Positions 18,150-28,004 of a stretch of 57,156 nucleotides of DNA are shown piece after piece. Positions within the stretch are counted from its first letter, which is position 1; each line of letters starts with the position of its first letter. The DNA is taken from positions 1 to 57,156 of IMG/VR virus record IMGVR_UViG_3300036819_000112; one strand, 5' to 3'. This stretch comes from a virus. Its lineage: Duplodnaviria; Caudoviricetes. The position numbers and the translations under genes were made by a program. Below the pieces are notes generated by a model. It had not been told where the DNA came from and ran no database searches. It saw nothing but the letters and a program-made list of their open reading frames with translations.

Positions 18150-18555
18150 CAGGAAGCCCGACGTGAAATCCGATCCCGCAGCCGATCCGAAGCCGGCTGA
18201 TCTGCAGGCCGATCCGCTACCGGGCAAGGATCCCGAGCCCGCGGCACCGGCCGGTGCTGAGCCTTCGCCGACCCCGGGTCTGGCACCGCCTGGGCAGGGC
18301 GCGCAGGTCGTGCTCACCGGCGATGCCCAGGCTGCGGCGCGTGGCGGAACCCACGGCGATATTCTGGCCAACACGATAGCCCGGGATGCAGCGATCGAAG
18401 GCGGCCACATCGAACCGGCGACGGCCGCCGCCGCCGCGGATGCGACCTTCGGGACCTCGGCGGATGAGCTTGACCAAGGCGAGGCCGAAGCGATCGCCAA
18501 GGTGCGAGCCGACTTCGCCCAGCGGCGGGCCGCGCGCGCGGCGAAGCCGGCCTGA
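18142..18555 (+). CDS. Pro/Ala-rich hypothetical protein
   Basis: RBS; coupled within the late operon. Confidence 0.65.
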   Translation: MPDRKPDVKSDPAADPKPADLQADPLPGKDPEPAAPAGAEPSPTPGLAPPGQGAQVVLTGDAQAAARGGTHGDILANTIARDAAIEGGHIEPATAAAAADATFGTSADELDQGEAEAIAKVRADFAQRRAARAAKPA

Positions 18556-18556
18556 C

Positions 18557-18805
18557 ATGGCCGATGACTTGTATCATGTCGGCATGGCATGGGCGGCGGA
18601 CGGTGAAAGCCGCCCGTCGCGGTTTCGCACCGTGCTCGCGCGAGCTCCTGGTGCCGGCGATGGCGCTCTTTTCGTCGAGGACGGTGATGATTCCCGGCGC
18701 CAGTGGATATTGGCGAGCGAGTGGCAGGCCTGGGTGAAGGAGACCAACGCCAAACTCGTCCCGGCGGTCGAGGAGTCGGGCGATGATGATCCGCACGCCG
18801 CATGA
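18557..18805 (+). CDS. Hypothetical protein
   Basis: Coupled ORF. Confidence 0.6.
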   Translation: MADDLYHVGMAWAADGESRPSRFRTVLARAPGAGDGALFVEDGDDSRRQWILASEWQAWVKETNAKLVPAVEESGDDDPHAA

Positions 18806-20082
18806 GCACCGTCGCGCAACTCGGGGCGCGCGCCCTGCGCAAGCTCGGCATCGCCGTTGTCGCCGATGCGTCGCGGCCTGAGAGTGCTCCGGTTGCGACT
18901 GCGGCTGACGTCGCGGTGGATATGATGCGGCAGATGAACATCCCGGTAGCCGATGCCGATCGCCCAGCCTCGCTCGGTACCATCGGCCAAGGCGAGATCG
19001 CCAGTCGCGCGTTACGGGCCGTGGGCGTCAATCCGGCGGCGATCATCGCCTCGATCGGCACCAACACCACCTTGACGCTGGACCAGATCGCAACCGCGGC
19101 GCTGCGCAAGCTGGCGGTGATCGCCTCGGACGAGTCGCCTGCTGATCTCGACCAGGCTGAAGCACTGGCCCGGGCGAATGCGGCACATGACATGCTGGTG
19201 GCGATGGACTTCGTGACCTGGCCGGCAAGTGCGGTGCCGGATCAGGCTGCGGAGGCCTACATCGTCATGGTCGCCAACCTGATCGCGCCGCAGTTCGGCA
19301 AAGTGGCGGACATGACAGCGACCGCGAGCGCGCAGGCCATGATCCGCCAGCAGGCGCTCTCCGGGGTGTTCGGGCAGGCTTTGGCCGAAGCGCGCGTGCA
19401 AGCGGTCCACGAGGAACTGAACGCGCTCGGCATCGTCTCCTGGCCGGTCACAGCGGTTCCGCTGGCTCAGGCGCAGGCCTATGTGCAGATGACCGCGGTG
19501 CAGTTGTCGCCGATCTACAAGACGGAGGCGCCGGACGACCGCAAAACCGGCGAGGAAATCTATGGCGCGGCGATGGCCTCAATCCGGCGCGCAGCGCAGG
19601 TCCAGGGCGCCTATGCGCGGGCGGCGGACCGTGTCCTCTCCGTCCACGAGGAACTGAACGCGCTCGGTCTGGTGACCTGGACGCCTGACACAATCCCGCG
19701 GGCGATGTCCGATCTCTACAGCGTTCTCGCGGCATCGAAGATGACGGCCGAAGGCGGCAAGCCGATGGACAACGCGGAGTACGGAGCCGCGGTCTCTCGC
19801 ATTCGGCTGATGGCGATGGGCGGACCGGCCGGGCAGGCTTTGGCGGAGCAGAAAATCCGGGTGGTGCAGTATTCCCTTGAAGCCCGCGGACGGGCACGCT
19901 GGACCCTGATGGACGTGCCGGTCTGGGCCGAAGAACCTCTGGTGCTGATGGCTGCTGCGCTGTTGGCGCCAGAATGCGGGGTCAAGGCAGACCCTTCATG
20001 GTCCGACCAGGCCGAACGGGAATTGATGCGGATCGTCTCGCTGCCGAGCGAGCGCGAGCCGGTGCGGGCGGTTTATTTCTGA
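18802..20082 (+). CDS. Head-tail adaptor (P22 gp4-like) with internal repeats
   Basis: ALRKLG/ALRKLAV N-motifs; four L...G...W...VP repeats; ends ..RAVYF. Confidence 0.7.
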   Translation: MSTVAQLGARALRKLGIAVVADASRPESAPVATAADVAVDMMRQMNIPVADADRPASLGTIGQGEIASRALRAVGVNPAAIIASIGTNTTLTLDQIATAALRKLAVIASDESPADLDQAEALARANAAHDMLVAMDFVTWPASAVPDQAAEAYIVMVANLIAPQFGKVADMTATASAQAMIRQQALSGVFGQALAEARVQAVHEELNALGIVSWPVTAVPLAQAQAYVQMTAVQLSPIYKTEAPDDRKTGEEIYGAAMASIRRAAQVQGAYARAADRVLSVHEELNALGLVTWTPDTIPRAMSDLYSVLAASKMTAEGGKPMDNAEYGAAVSRIRLMAMGGPAGQALAEQKIRVVQYSLEARGRARWTLMDVPVWAEEPLVLMAAALLAPECGVKADPSWSDQAERELMRIVSLPSEREPVRAVYF

Positions 20083-20098
20083 TCCTGGTTGAGGATTT

Positions 20099-20743
20099 AT
20101 GGGCACTTTTCGCCTTGCGACCTCGCGTCTGGTCCGCAATCCGGTCCGGGTGCAGACCTGGAACGGGTCGATTCGCGCCGGCGATGACTTCAAGCTCGCG
20201 CTCACGGTGTTCACGGACGACAGCGGAACCCCTGCGCAAGTAGCCGGCTCAAGGTCTCGCCTGACCCTGTGGCCCGATCGCTCCCGTGGCTTTGGGAGCA
20301 GTCCAGACTACGGGTTTGCGTGGTTCACCGGGGGCAGCCTGATCAATTCGCCCGGAATCAGAGTACAGACCGATGGGCTGGTGACGCCGGTGCGCGACGG
20401 CGGGATCAATTTCGCCATTCCAGCGTCAACCACGGCCGGGATGTGGCTCGGCAGGTATCGGCTGGTGCTGCAGGTCGATCTGCCTGACGGGGAATTCTCC
20501 CAGGTCGAGGGCATCCTGCAGGTGCGCGAGCGCTGGCAGCCGTCGGGACTGGGCCATACGCCCGGGGTGTTTTTCCAACTCGACGTCTCGCAACTCGATC
20601 TGGCGATCCTCGCACCTGTCCTGGTGGGTGGAGTGCCGGTCGATGACGATGGGTTCTTCCTGCTGACGAGCGACTTCCAGCCGGTGCTGCCGGCCAACGC
20701 GCCGCTCGATGAATTCGTATTGGATCGGAACCAACTCGCATGA
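20099..20743 (+). CDS. Virion protein (BppU/Ig-like tail-fibre attachment candidate)
   Basis: IRAGDDFKLAL...GRYRLVLQV..EGILQV beta pattern. Confidence 0.6.
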   Translation: MGTFRLATSRLVRNPVRVQTWNGSIRAGDDFKLALTVFTDDSGTPAQVAGSRSRLTLWPDRSRGFGSSPDYGFAWFTGGSLINSPGIRVQTDGLVTPVRDGGINFAIPASTTAGMWLGRYRLVLQVDLPDGEFSQVEGILQVRERWQPSGLGHTPGVFFQLDVSQLDLAILAPVLVGGVPVDDDGFFLLTSDFQPVLPANAPLDEFVLDRNQLA

Positions 20744-22569
20744 GATTGCGCGCGTGGCTCGTCGGGTTTTGTCTGCTGGCTGGTGCAGCTCTTGCCCAGA
20801 CGCCTGGCAGCTTCGTCGGAACGTCAACCAATCCAACGGCCGCGCCTCTTTCGGCTGCAAGTCTGAACGCCGCGTTCGGCCGCAAGGTTGATACGACCAA
20901 CGGCGTCCTCACAAATCCAACCATCAACGGCGGTGCCGTCAACGCCGCCACGGGTGCGTTCTCGGGGGCGCTGAGTGCGGCAGGGGCCGTATCGGGAGCG
21001 GGCTTTACCGCGCTGTTGTCACCCTATGCGCTGGCCAGTTCGGATGCGCTGAAGTTGCCTTTGGCCGGCGGGACGCTGACCGGACCATTGGTGGGGACGT
21101 CAGGGACGTTCTCCGGAGCGATCAACGCGGGAAGCCTGGCGATCAACGGCGCTTTGTTGGTGCCGTTAGGGACCATTCCCGGAGGGGGCGCCAATACCAC
21201 AATATTTGCGGGGGTAAATACTGGGCTAAATCTCGGATCCGCTAGCAATTTCTCGACTTTTTATGGCTCCTCTTCAGGTGCTGCTTATAACGATACCGGT
21301 AGTGGCGAAGTTTCCGGTTTTGGCGTCGGGTCCTGTTCTTCACTGGTATTGCCCGCAATCCACGACACCTGTCTCGGCGTCTACACGCTGCACTACGAGA
21401 CTACCGGCCAGCAGGACGTCGCGGTCGGCGGCGACACGATGCGTAATACTGCCCTGGTCAGTGCTGGCACGGCCATCGGGTCTCGCGCTCATCAAGATTA
21501 TCGCGGACAGAAATCATTTGCGGGGGGTGCCTTTGCCCTCTACGGCAATGCCGCCTCGATTCTCATCGGGGGCACCGCCACGGCGGCAGACGTTATTACA
21601 CTGACGTTCACATCGACAGCCATCAGCGGCGGCTCTGTCGCCATCCCCTACACTGTGTCGGGTGGGGACACGCCGGCGACCATCACCGCCGCTCTAAGTG
21701 CTGCAGCCAACGGGTCAGCGCCGCTTATCGCGGCGGATATCCGGGTCGGTGGCGATATCACTGCCTCGCCCAATGTCATTCCTATCGTAGGGCCGAACGC
21801 CGCCGCCGCTGGTCCAGCGCCGCTAGTTGTAACGGCTGCGATAGCGGGTGCGGCGACAGAAACCGTGACGATCACCGGCGGCAGTGATTCTGCGAGCACG
21901 CGCAATAACGCGACGGGCTTCGACAGCATGATGGGGTTGCGGATAACCACCTCCAGCTTCAACAATGCATATGGTGCCTACACTCTGGCGAACCTCACCA
22001 CCGGGTCGCACAATAACTGCTACGGTGACAGCGCATGCCAGTTCGGTACCACGCTGGCCACGACATCGGCATTCGGCGACAGCGCATTCAAGGCTGCGAC
22101 GACAGCGAATTCGCTGGTCGGGATGGGCAACAATGTTGGCGCTCTCTGCACGACATGCCGCAACGTGACCTTGCTGGGAAATAATGCCGGCCAGACCACG
22201 CTGACGACTGGCAACGACATCATCATCATCAGCGACGGGTCGGCTTGCGACACGAACAGTCCGAACCGGTTGATGATGTGCGGATCGGGCGGCACTTTCC
22301 TGCAGTTCACCGGCACGAACACTGCCGCCTCGTCGATTGGCTACGTCCCGGGCGGCTTTTTGGTTGGCTCCACCACTGTAACAACTAACGTCGGCAACGC
22401 GGAGATTGGCATCAAAGAGGCGACGCTTTCCGGCGTCGCCCCCGGCGCCGGGATTGGCAAACTAGCCGTTGCAGCGGGGACCAGCGTCGGGACGTGCAAA
22501 TTGGTGTTCTACGGCGGCAGCACAGCCACCCCGGTCACCGTGCTCGATAATGTCGGGTCGGGATGCTGA
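20740..22569 (+). CDS. Tail fibre-like beta-helix protein with N-terminal signal peptide
   Basis: MRLRAWLVGFCLLAGAALA-Q; LPLAGGTLTG; N/T..G...A beta-roll repeats; paired Cys. Confidence 0.8.
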   Translation: MRLRAWLVGFCLLAGAALAQTPGSFVGTSTNPTAAPLSAASLNAAFGRKVDTTNGVLTNPTINGGAVNAATGAFSGALSAAGAVSGAGFTALLSPYALASSDALKLPLAGGTLTGPLVGTSGTFSGAINAGSLAINGALLVPLGTIPGGGANTTIFAGVNTGLNLGSASNFSTFYGSSSGAAYNDTGSGEVSGFGVGSCSSLVLPAIHDTCLGVYTLHYETTGQQDVAVGGDTMRNTALVSAGTAIGSRAHQDYRGQKSFAGGAFALYGNAASILIGGTATAADVITLTFTSTAISGGSVAIPYTVSGGDTPATITAALSAAANGSAPLIAADIRVGGDITASPNVIPIVGPNAAAAGPAPLVVTAAIAGAATETVTITGGSDSASTRNNATGFDSMMGLRITTSSFNNAYGAYTLANLTTGSHNNCYGDSACQFGTTLATTSAFGDSAFKAATTANSLVGMGNNVGALCTTCRNVTLLGNNAGQTTLTTGNDIIIISDGSACDTNSPNRLMMCGSGGTFLQFTGTNTAASSIGYVPGGFLVGSTTVTTNVGNAEIGIKEATLSGVAPGAGIGKLAVAAGTSVGTCKLVFYGGSTATPVTVLDNVGSGC

Positions 22570-22598
22570 ATCGAAGGCTCACACCGAGGTATGATCAT

Positions 22599-22874
22599 AT
22601 GAGGCATCTCACGCTTCTGGCCGCGCTCCTGCTCCCGCTTGCCGCGCACGCGCAGCCCGCCCCCCCATCGGCATCCGCCAACCTGGCCGGGCAACTGGCG
22701 CAGAACCTGAGTGCCGCGATGACTGAGAACGACGCGCTTCGGGCGCAGAACACTGCCCTGCAAGCGGAGGTCACCAGCCTGAAGGCAGCGGCGAAGCCTG
22801 CCATCCCACGCGATCCACCCGCGACGGTCGCACCGGCGCCGAACGCCACGCTGCCAGCGCCGAAGGCGCCCTGA
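22599..22874 (+). CDS. Signal-peptide coiled-coil protein (fibre chaperone candidate)
   Basis: MRHLTLLAALLLPLAAHA-Q then heptad repeats. Confidence 0.7.
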   Translation: MRHLTLLAALLLPLAAHAQPAPPSASANLAGQLAQNLSAAMTENDALRAQNTALQAEVTSLKAAAKPAIPRDPPATVAPAPNATLPAPKAP

Positions 22875-22900
22875 TCGCGCTGGCGGTCTGAAGGACACCC

Positions 22901-24538
22901 ATGCCCGACATTTTCGCCGAATTCGAGTTCGTGACCTACACCAAGCTGAACAACACGTTCGGGCTGTACGCTTTGCAGGCCGATCTGCTCACGCTCGGCG
23001 ACTCGGTCACCGGTCTCTCAGGATCGATCGCGGGTCAAGCGGCGTCGATCGCCGCTCTCCAGGCTGCTGAAGCCAGTACAGCCCTGCTGCCGTTCATCCA
23101 GTCGATCACGGTCCCGGCCGCGGTCGGGCTGCTGAGCTATCTCCCGCCGTCAACCGGGGGCGTGGCCCGGGGGTTGGTGGGCAAGCTCAGCGACCAGATG
23201 AGCGTCGCCGATTTCGGCGCGGTCGGTGACGGGGTAGCCGACGACACCGCGGCGGTGCAGGCGGCGATCGTCGCTGCCGAGGCACATGCTCGCTCCCTGC
23301 ATCTGATCGGCTTGACCGGATGCGTCTTCAAGATCACCGCGCCGCTTACGATCACCGGTCCGCTGCGGCTTATCGGCACAGGAACCGCGCAGTCTTCCTT
23401 GACCGCCGCGGGAAACTTCGCCGCGATCCTGTCGCTCACTGGGGCCTGCCAGCAGGTCTGGGTCGAGCACCTTGGCCTGATCCAGACCGGAACCACGACG
23501 CGCTGCGTCGTCGCCGCGCCCGGTGCTCAGGGCATTAAGTTTTTCGAGACGAGCTTCACCGGCAACCTGTCCGGGATTCTGGTCTACACCCAAGCGGCGG
23601 GGTTCGTGGAGTTCCAGAACTGCATCTGGCTTTGCAGCGCGGCCAGCACGATCGGGATCGTCTTCGACGGCTACAACCAGAACTGCGAGATTTCCGGTGG
23701 GCATGCCGGCGGTGCCGGCACGTTCCTCATCGTGCAGAACAGCACCGGCAACGTCGCAAATAACGTCCAGGGCCTGAGGATTTGTGATTTCGCCTCGGTC
23801 TGCACTGGTCCCACGGCGATCACGATCAGCGACCAGGCATTCGGGACCTTCCTCTCCAACTGCGTCATCGACCAGGCCGGAACCGCGTGCGTGCTGATCG
23901 AAGCCGGGGCTGAACTGACGCAGATCGCCGGCGGGTATTATGGTGTCACCGACACGGTGCATGGCATCTGCATCCAGGTGGCTGCGACAGCGGGGGCCGG
24001 CACGACGATCGATGACGTGCAGTGCTTCGGGGGCGCGCAGTCGATAGCGGTTCAGGCGTCGGTCTCCTCGCGGGTCACTCAGGTTTCGATCCGCAACAAC
24101 TCCTTCAGCGCCGCTGCGGCCTGCTCTCTGGTGCTTGACAGCGTCAACGGCTGCCAGGTCGAAGGCAATCTGGACATGGGATCGCCCTCGCTCGGCTCGT
24201 GGGCAACCTCGGCGACCAATGCCGCAGGTGCTTATACCTTCGGAAACAACACCTGGACCGCGCACACGCTGTCCACCGTCGATCCGACCAGTTCCTACCG
24301 TGCGACGCCAGACCGCGGGGTCACGCTGGCTGCCAAAGGGCAGAGCACATCGGGTGCGGGTGCTACCTCGCTGGTGGTCAATCATGGCCTGCTGCTGACG
24401 CCGTCGGCGATCAATGTCACCCCGATCGGCTCGGTCGGGGCATTTTGGCTGAGCGCGGTCGGCGCGACCTCCTTCACCATCAACTGGACCACTACCGGGA
24501 CGTTCACCTGGCTGTGGGACGCCGGGGTCCACGACTGA
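22901..24538 (+). CDS. Tailspike (pectate-lyase-like beta-helix)
   Basis: SVADFGAVGDGVADDTAAVQAAI; C-terminal VNHGL..TP. Confidence 0.85.
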   Translation: MPDIFAEFEFVTYTKLNNTFGLYALQADLLTLGDSVTGLSGSIAGQAASIAALQAAEASTALLPFIQSITVPAAVGLLSYLPPSTGGVARGLVGKLSDQMSVADFGAVGDGVADDTAAVQAAIVAAEAHARSLHLIGLTGCVFKITAPLTITGPLRLIGTGTAQSSLTAAGNFAAILSLTGACQQVWVEHLGLIQTGTTTRCVVAAPGAQGIKFFETSFTGNLSGILVYTQAAGFVEFQNCIWLCSAASTIGIVFDGYNQNCEISGGHAGGAGTFLIVQNSTGNVANNVQGLRICDFASVCTGPTAITISDQAFGTFLSNCVIDQAGTACVLIEAGAELTQIAGGYYGVTDTVHGICIQVAATAGAGTTIDDVQCFGGAQSIAVQASVSSRVTQVSIRNNSFSAAAACSLVLDSVNGCQVEGNLDMGSPSLGSWATSATNAAGAYTFGNNTWTAHTLSTVDPTSSYRATPDRGVTLAAKGQSTSGAGATSLVVNHGLLLTPSAINVTPIGSVGAFWLSAVGATSFTINWTTTGTFTWLWDAGVHD

Positions 24539-26019
24539 TGTCGGACGCCCTCGCCACGCTGCGGACTGCGCTCAGCCCGAAAGGGAGCATGCGGCGCATC
24601 CCGATCCCGCTCGAAAGCTACCAGCATCCATCCCCGGCATTATCGGCCAAGCGGCTGCTCAACATGCTGGCCGAACAGGAGCCGGCGGACGCGCGCACCG
24701 CCGCGGCGCTGATCCCGGTGCATGGGCTGCGGCTCGCCGCCGACGTGTTCGGAGCGGGGCCGATCACCGCGATGAACTCCGACCAGCCGGGCGTGATGTA
24801 TGTCGCATCGGGCACGCATTTTTTCCGCATGACGCAGCCCTTCGGCGGTCCAAGGGTGATCGAGGACCTGGGCGAAATCGGCATCCCGGGCGGTGCCGAC
24901 TATTCCATCAACCTGATGGTCACGATCGCGGTCGGGGTGACCGCGGCCGTCGTCTGTGTGCCGCCGAACGCCTTCACCTGCCCCCATGCCGGGGCGCTCA
25001 ACCAGATCGGTGGCACCTTTCCCGGTGCGAGGTCGGTGGCCTATCTCGACGGCTACTTCGTTTTCACCTCCGACGATGACGACTCGAACTTCTTCTGTTC
25101 GCTGCTGCTTGACCCGACGATGTTCGATGCGCTGGATTTCGCCTTCGCCGACGGCGTGCCGAACGTCCTGCACCGGGTCATCCCCTTGGCTGGCGAGTTG
25201 TGGCTGGCTGGCGATACCGCCATGGAGGTGTGGTACGACGCCGGCGCTGCGGACTTCCCGTTCCGCCGCCAGTCCGGCGGGGTGGTTCCATACGGCGCGG
25301 TTTCGATGAAATCCATCGTCGTGCTGGATGGGTCGTTGTTCTGGCTGGCTTCGAACGGTTCGGTCCTGCGCTCGCAGGGCTACAAGGCGGTGCGGGTTTC
25401 GACCCATGCGATCGAGTCGCTGATCCAGGCGATCGGGATTTTCCAGATCGTCTCGGCCGTCGGCTATACCTACAAGGGCCACCGGTTCTACTGCCTGACT
25501 TTTGTCGGCCACACCCTGGTCTATGACACCCAGACCAACGTCTGGCACGAACGGTCAAGTTCCGCCGATGGCGCCGCGGCATGGCTGGTGAGTGCGGTGG
25601 CTCAGGTCGGCTCGGACACGATTTTCGGCACCTCCGGATCGGGGCGGACCTTCAACCCGTTCGACAATGACGACGACGACGGGATCCAGGTGATCCGCCA
25701 CATCGTCCTGCCGCCGCTGTGGGGTGGCACCTATCTCGGCTTCTGCCACCGGCTGGAGATCGAGATGGAACGCGGCGGCGTCGATCCGACCGGAAATGTC
25801 CTCCTGGAATGGTCCGATGATGACGGCCTGACCTGGAAGGGTGGCCGGGTGATGACGGCCGGCACCACATCGGGCTATCGCGGGCGGGTGTTCACCACCC
25901 GGCTCGGGTCGTTCCGTGCGAGGATATTCCGCCTGACTGCCCATCACCGCTGCACGGTGTATGCCGTGGAAGCGGCGATTTCCGGGGGTGCATCGGGCGC
26001 GCCGGACTTCGCGCCCTGA
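24538..26019 (+). CDS. Tail hub / packaged-DNA stabilisation protein (P22 gp10-like)
   Basis: SVAYLDGYFVF, FDALDFA.A, EVWYDAG..FPF, RVSTHAIE, WSDDDG.TW, RLGSFR. Confidence 0.88.
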   Translation: MSDALATLRTALSPKGSMRRIPIPLESYQHPSPALSAKRLLNMLAEQEPADARTAAALIPVHGLRLAADVFGAGPITAMNSDQPGVMYVASGTHFFRMTQPFGGPRVIEDLGEIGIPGGADYSINLMVTIAVGVTAAVVCVPPNAFTCPHAGALNQIGGTFPGARSVAYLDGYFVFTSDDDDSNFFCSLLLDPTMFDALDFAFADGVPNVLHRVIPLAGELWLAGDTAMEVWYDAGAADFPFRRQSGGVVPYGAVSMKSIVVLDGSLFWLASNGSVLRSQGYKAVRVSTHAIESLIQAIGIFQIVSAVGYTYKGHRFYCLTFVGHTLVYDTQTNVWHERSSSADGAAAWLVSAVAQVGSDTIFGTSGSGRTFNPFDNDDDDGIQVIRHIVLPPLWGGTYLGFCHRLEIEMERGGVDPTGNVLLEWSDDDGLTWKGGRVMTAGTTSGYRGRVFTTRLGSFRARIFRLTAHHRCTVYAVEAAISGGASGAPDFAP

Positions 26020-26507
26020 TGGTCGCCATTCCGACTTCGCCGCAGCCGCCGGTCAACGAAGTGCCGATTGCGCCGGATGGCCAGCATACCCAGGCCTGGT
26101 CGCAGTACCACCAGAAGATGTCGGACGCGCTCAAGGTGATCGGCCAGTATCTCTCCGCCACCGGCGGCCCGGTGGCGTTGACGACCTCGACCGCGGCCAA
26201 CATCGCTTCGCTATCTCTCCCCGCCGGGGACTGGGATGTATCGGGGCGGATCACGTTCTCTCCGGCGCCGACGACCCATCCTATTCAACTCGAAGCCGGG
26301 CTGAGCTCGGTTTCGGCTGCGTTCTCGACGCCGCCTTCGGGACTCTCGACAGCGTTCACCGCCGGCATCCCGGCCACCATCGATGCGGGCGTCGCGCGGT
26401 TCGATCTCACCGAGGCGACCGTGGTTTATCTCGTCGGCTTCGCAAGTTTCACTGTCGCTGGAATGACGGCCTCGGGATCGATCAGCGCGCGGCGGGCGGG
26501 CGGGTGA
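26019..26507 (+). CDS. Tail-associated protein
   Basis: Position; SLSLPAGDWDVSG...GSISARR. Confidence 0.7.
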   Translation: MVAIPTSPQPPVNEVPIAPDGQHTQAWSQYHQKMSDALKVIGQYLSATGGPVALTTSTAANIASLSLPAGDWDVSGRITFSPAPTTHPIQLEAGLSSVSAAFSTPPSGLSTAFTAGIPATIDAGVARFDLTEATVVYLVGFASFTVAGMTASGSISARRAGG

Positions 26508-27052
26508 GATTTCTGCGGATCGCTCAGGGCGTCGATATGATGCCGCTGCTGCTTGAACTGCATCGGGCGCCGCAGCTGTGGGACCAGAACCCGGCTCGGC
26601 GGCAGTACGAGGGCACGCCGCACGCGGCCATGCGCGACATCTGGGTCAGGTTCCGCCCGGCTGAGGAGCTTACTGGCCCGGATGCGTTCTGGGGTGAATA
26701 TCGGTGCGTGTTCTGGCCGGCCTGGCATGAATTACCATCCCTGCGACCCATGGTATTTGCCTTGATGAGCAAGGTTTCCGCGGTCGAACTGGGATCGATA
26801 CTGATCACGCGGCTGCCGCCGGGCGGCGAAATACTGGCGCACTCGGACCAGGGCGGGTGGGGGCCGGGGTGGTTCAACTGCAAGTGCCATCTGACCGTCG
26901 CTGGATCATCCGAAAGCATGTGCGACGGGGAGACTGTGACCATGAGGACGGGTGATATTTTCACCTTCGACAATCTGCTGGTCCACAGCGTCAAAAACGC
27001 CGGCGACTGCGACCGGATCGTCTGTATCGTCAGCATGAGGTGCGAACCATGA
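26504..27052 (+). CDS. 2OG-Fe(II) oxygenase, Asp/Asn beta-hydroxylase-like
   Basis: LPPGGEILAHSD...FDNLLVHSVKN..DRI (HxD...H...R); GTG start coupled to the upstream stop. Confidence 0.8.
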   Translation: MRFLRIAQGVDMMPLLLELHRAPQLWDQNPARRQYEGTPHAAMRDIWVRFRPAEELTGPDAFWGEYRCVFWPAWHELPSLRPMVFALMSKVSAVELGSILITRLPPGGEILAHSDQGGWGPGWFNCKCHLTVAGSSESMCDGETVTMRTGDIFTFDNLLVHSVKNAGDCDRIVCIVSMRCEP

Positions 27053-27393
27053 ACCTGCAAAGGCTCGCTGAACAGCCGATTTCGACGGACATCCGCATGT
27101 GCGAGGGGTTGTTCGTGAAGCACTGCATATTCGCGGAAGGGGCGTATATACCGCAGCACTCCCATCAGGATGCGCATCTTTCCGTCATCGCTACAGGAGC
27201 TGTTCGCGCATGGGCGGACGGTGAACTGCTGGGTGACTTCCGAGCGCCTGCCGGCATCGTCATCCAGGCGCGATGCAAGCATATGTTCCTGGCATTGGAG
27301 CCGATGACGACAATCTTGTGCGTCCACCGTGTCGAGCAGGGCGGCGAACCAGTGGTGCACGAAGAACACCACATCGATTTCGTGGAGGCATAA
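27049..27393 (+). CDS. Cupin-domain protein
   Basis: PQHSHQDAHLSVIATG...I.A..KHMF..LE. Confidence 0.75.
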   Translation: MNLQRLAEQPISTDIRMCEGLFVKHCIFAEGAYIPQHSHQDAHLSVIATGAVRAWADGELLGDFRAPAGIVIQARCKHMFLALEPMTTILCVHRVEQGGEPVVHEEHHIDFVEA

Positions 27394-27395
27394 CG

Positions 27396-28004
27396 ATGCC
27401 GTTCGCAGCGGTAGGTGCCGCGGTCGCCGGCGCCGCAGTGAGTTCAGGCATCAGCGCCCTTACTGCGAAAGGCCAGAGCGGTGCGATCTCGGCCGGCAAG
27501 GACGAGGCCAATGCCGTCCTGGCGCCGTATTCCAATACCGGCGTGCTGTCGAACACCCAAACGGCGAACCTGCTGGGGCTCAACGGACAACCCGCCGCCG
27601 ACACAGCGATGACGACCTTTCAGGCCTCCCCCGGCTATGCATACGATGTCCAGCAGGGGTTGCGCGCGGTTGACGCCGGCGCCGCGTCGAAGGGCATCCT
27701 GCGATCCGGAGCGACGCTGAAAGCCGAACAGACGCTCGGGTCCAATCTCGCGAACCAGGATTTCGGCAACTACATCAGCCGGCTGAACAGCCTGTCGAAC
27801 TTCGGAATCACCGCGGCCGGCGGGCAGGCCAGCACGGATACCAGCGCGGCCGGCCAGCAGGCATCGATCCTTGGGCAAGAGGGCAAGAACATCAGCAACG
27901 CGATCGGCGGGGGCCTGACAAACGCGCTGACCAGCTTCGGGACGAGCGGCACAAGCGGTACAGGCGGCAATTTCGATCCTCCCGTTGATTCGAATACATT
28001 CTGA
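27396..28004 (+). CDS. DNA ejection protein (P22 gp7-like)
   Basis: FQASPGYAY..QQG..AASKG.LRSGATLKA; Gly/Ala-rich. Confidence 0.85.
   Translation: MPFAAVGAAVAGAAVSSGISALTAKGQSGAISAGKDEANAVLAPYSNTGVLSNTQTANLLGLNGQPAADTAMTTFQASPGYAYDVQQGLRAVDAGAASKGILRSGATLKAEQTLGSNLANQDFGNYISRLNSLSNFGITAAGGQASTDTSAAGQQASILGQEGKNISNAIGGGLTNALTSFGTSGTSGTGGNFDPPVDSNTF

Noticed and set aside
17781-19193. Long minus-strand ORFs (also 23150-24532, 32415-33917, 27770-28927)
   Set aside because: Shadow frames of high-GC genes with Arg/Ala/Gly-biased, motif-less translations
20740-24538. Diversity-generating retroelement or shufflon acting on fibres
   Set aside because: No reverse transcriptase, TR/VR pair or inverted fibre cassettes seen
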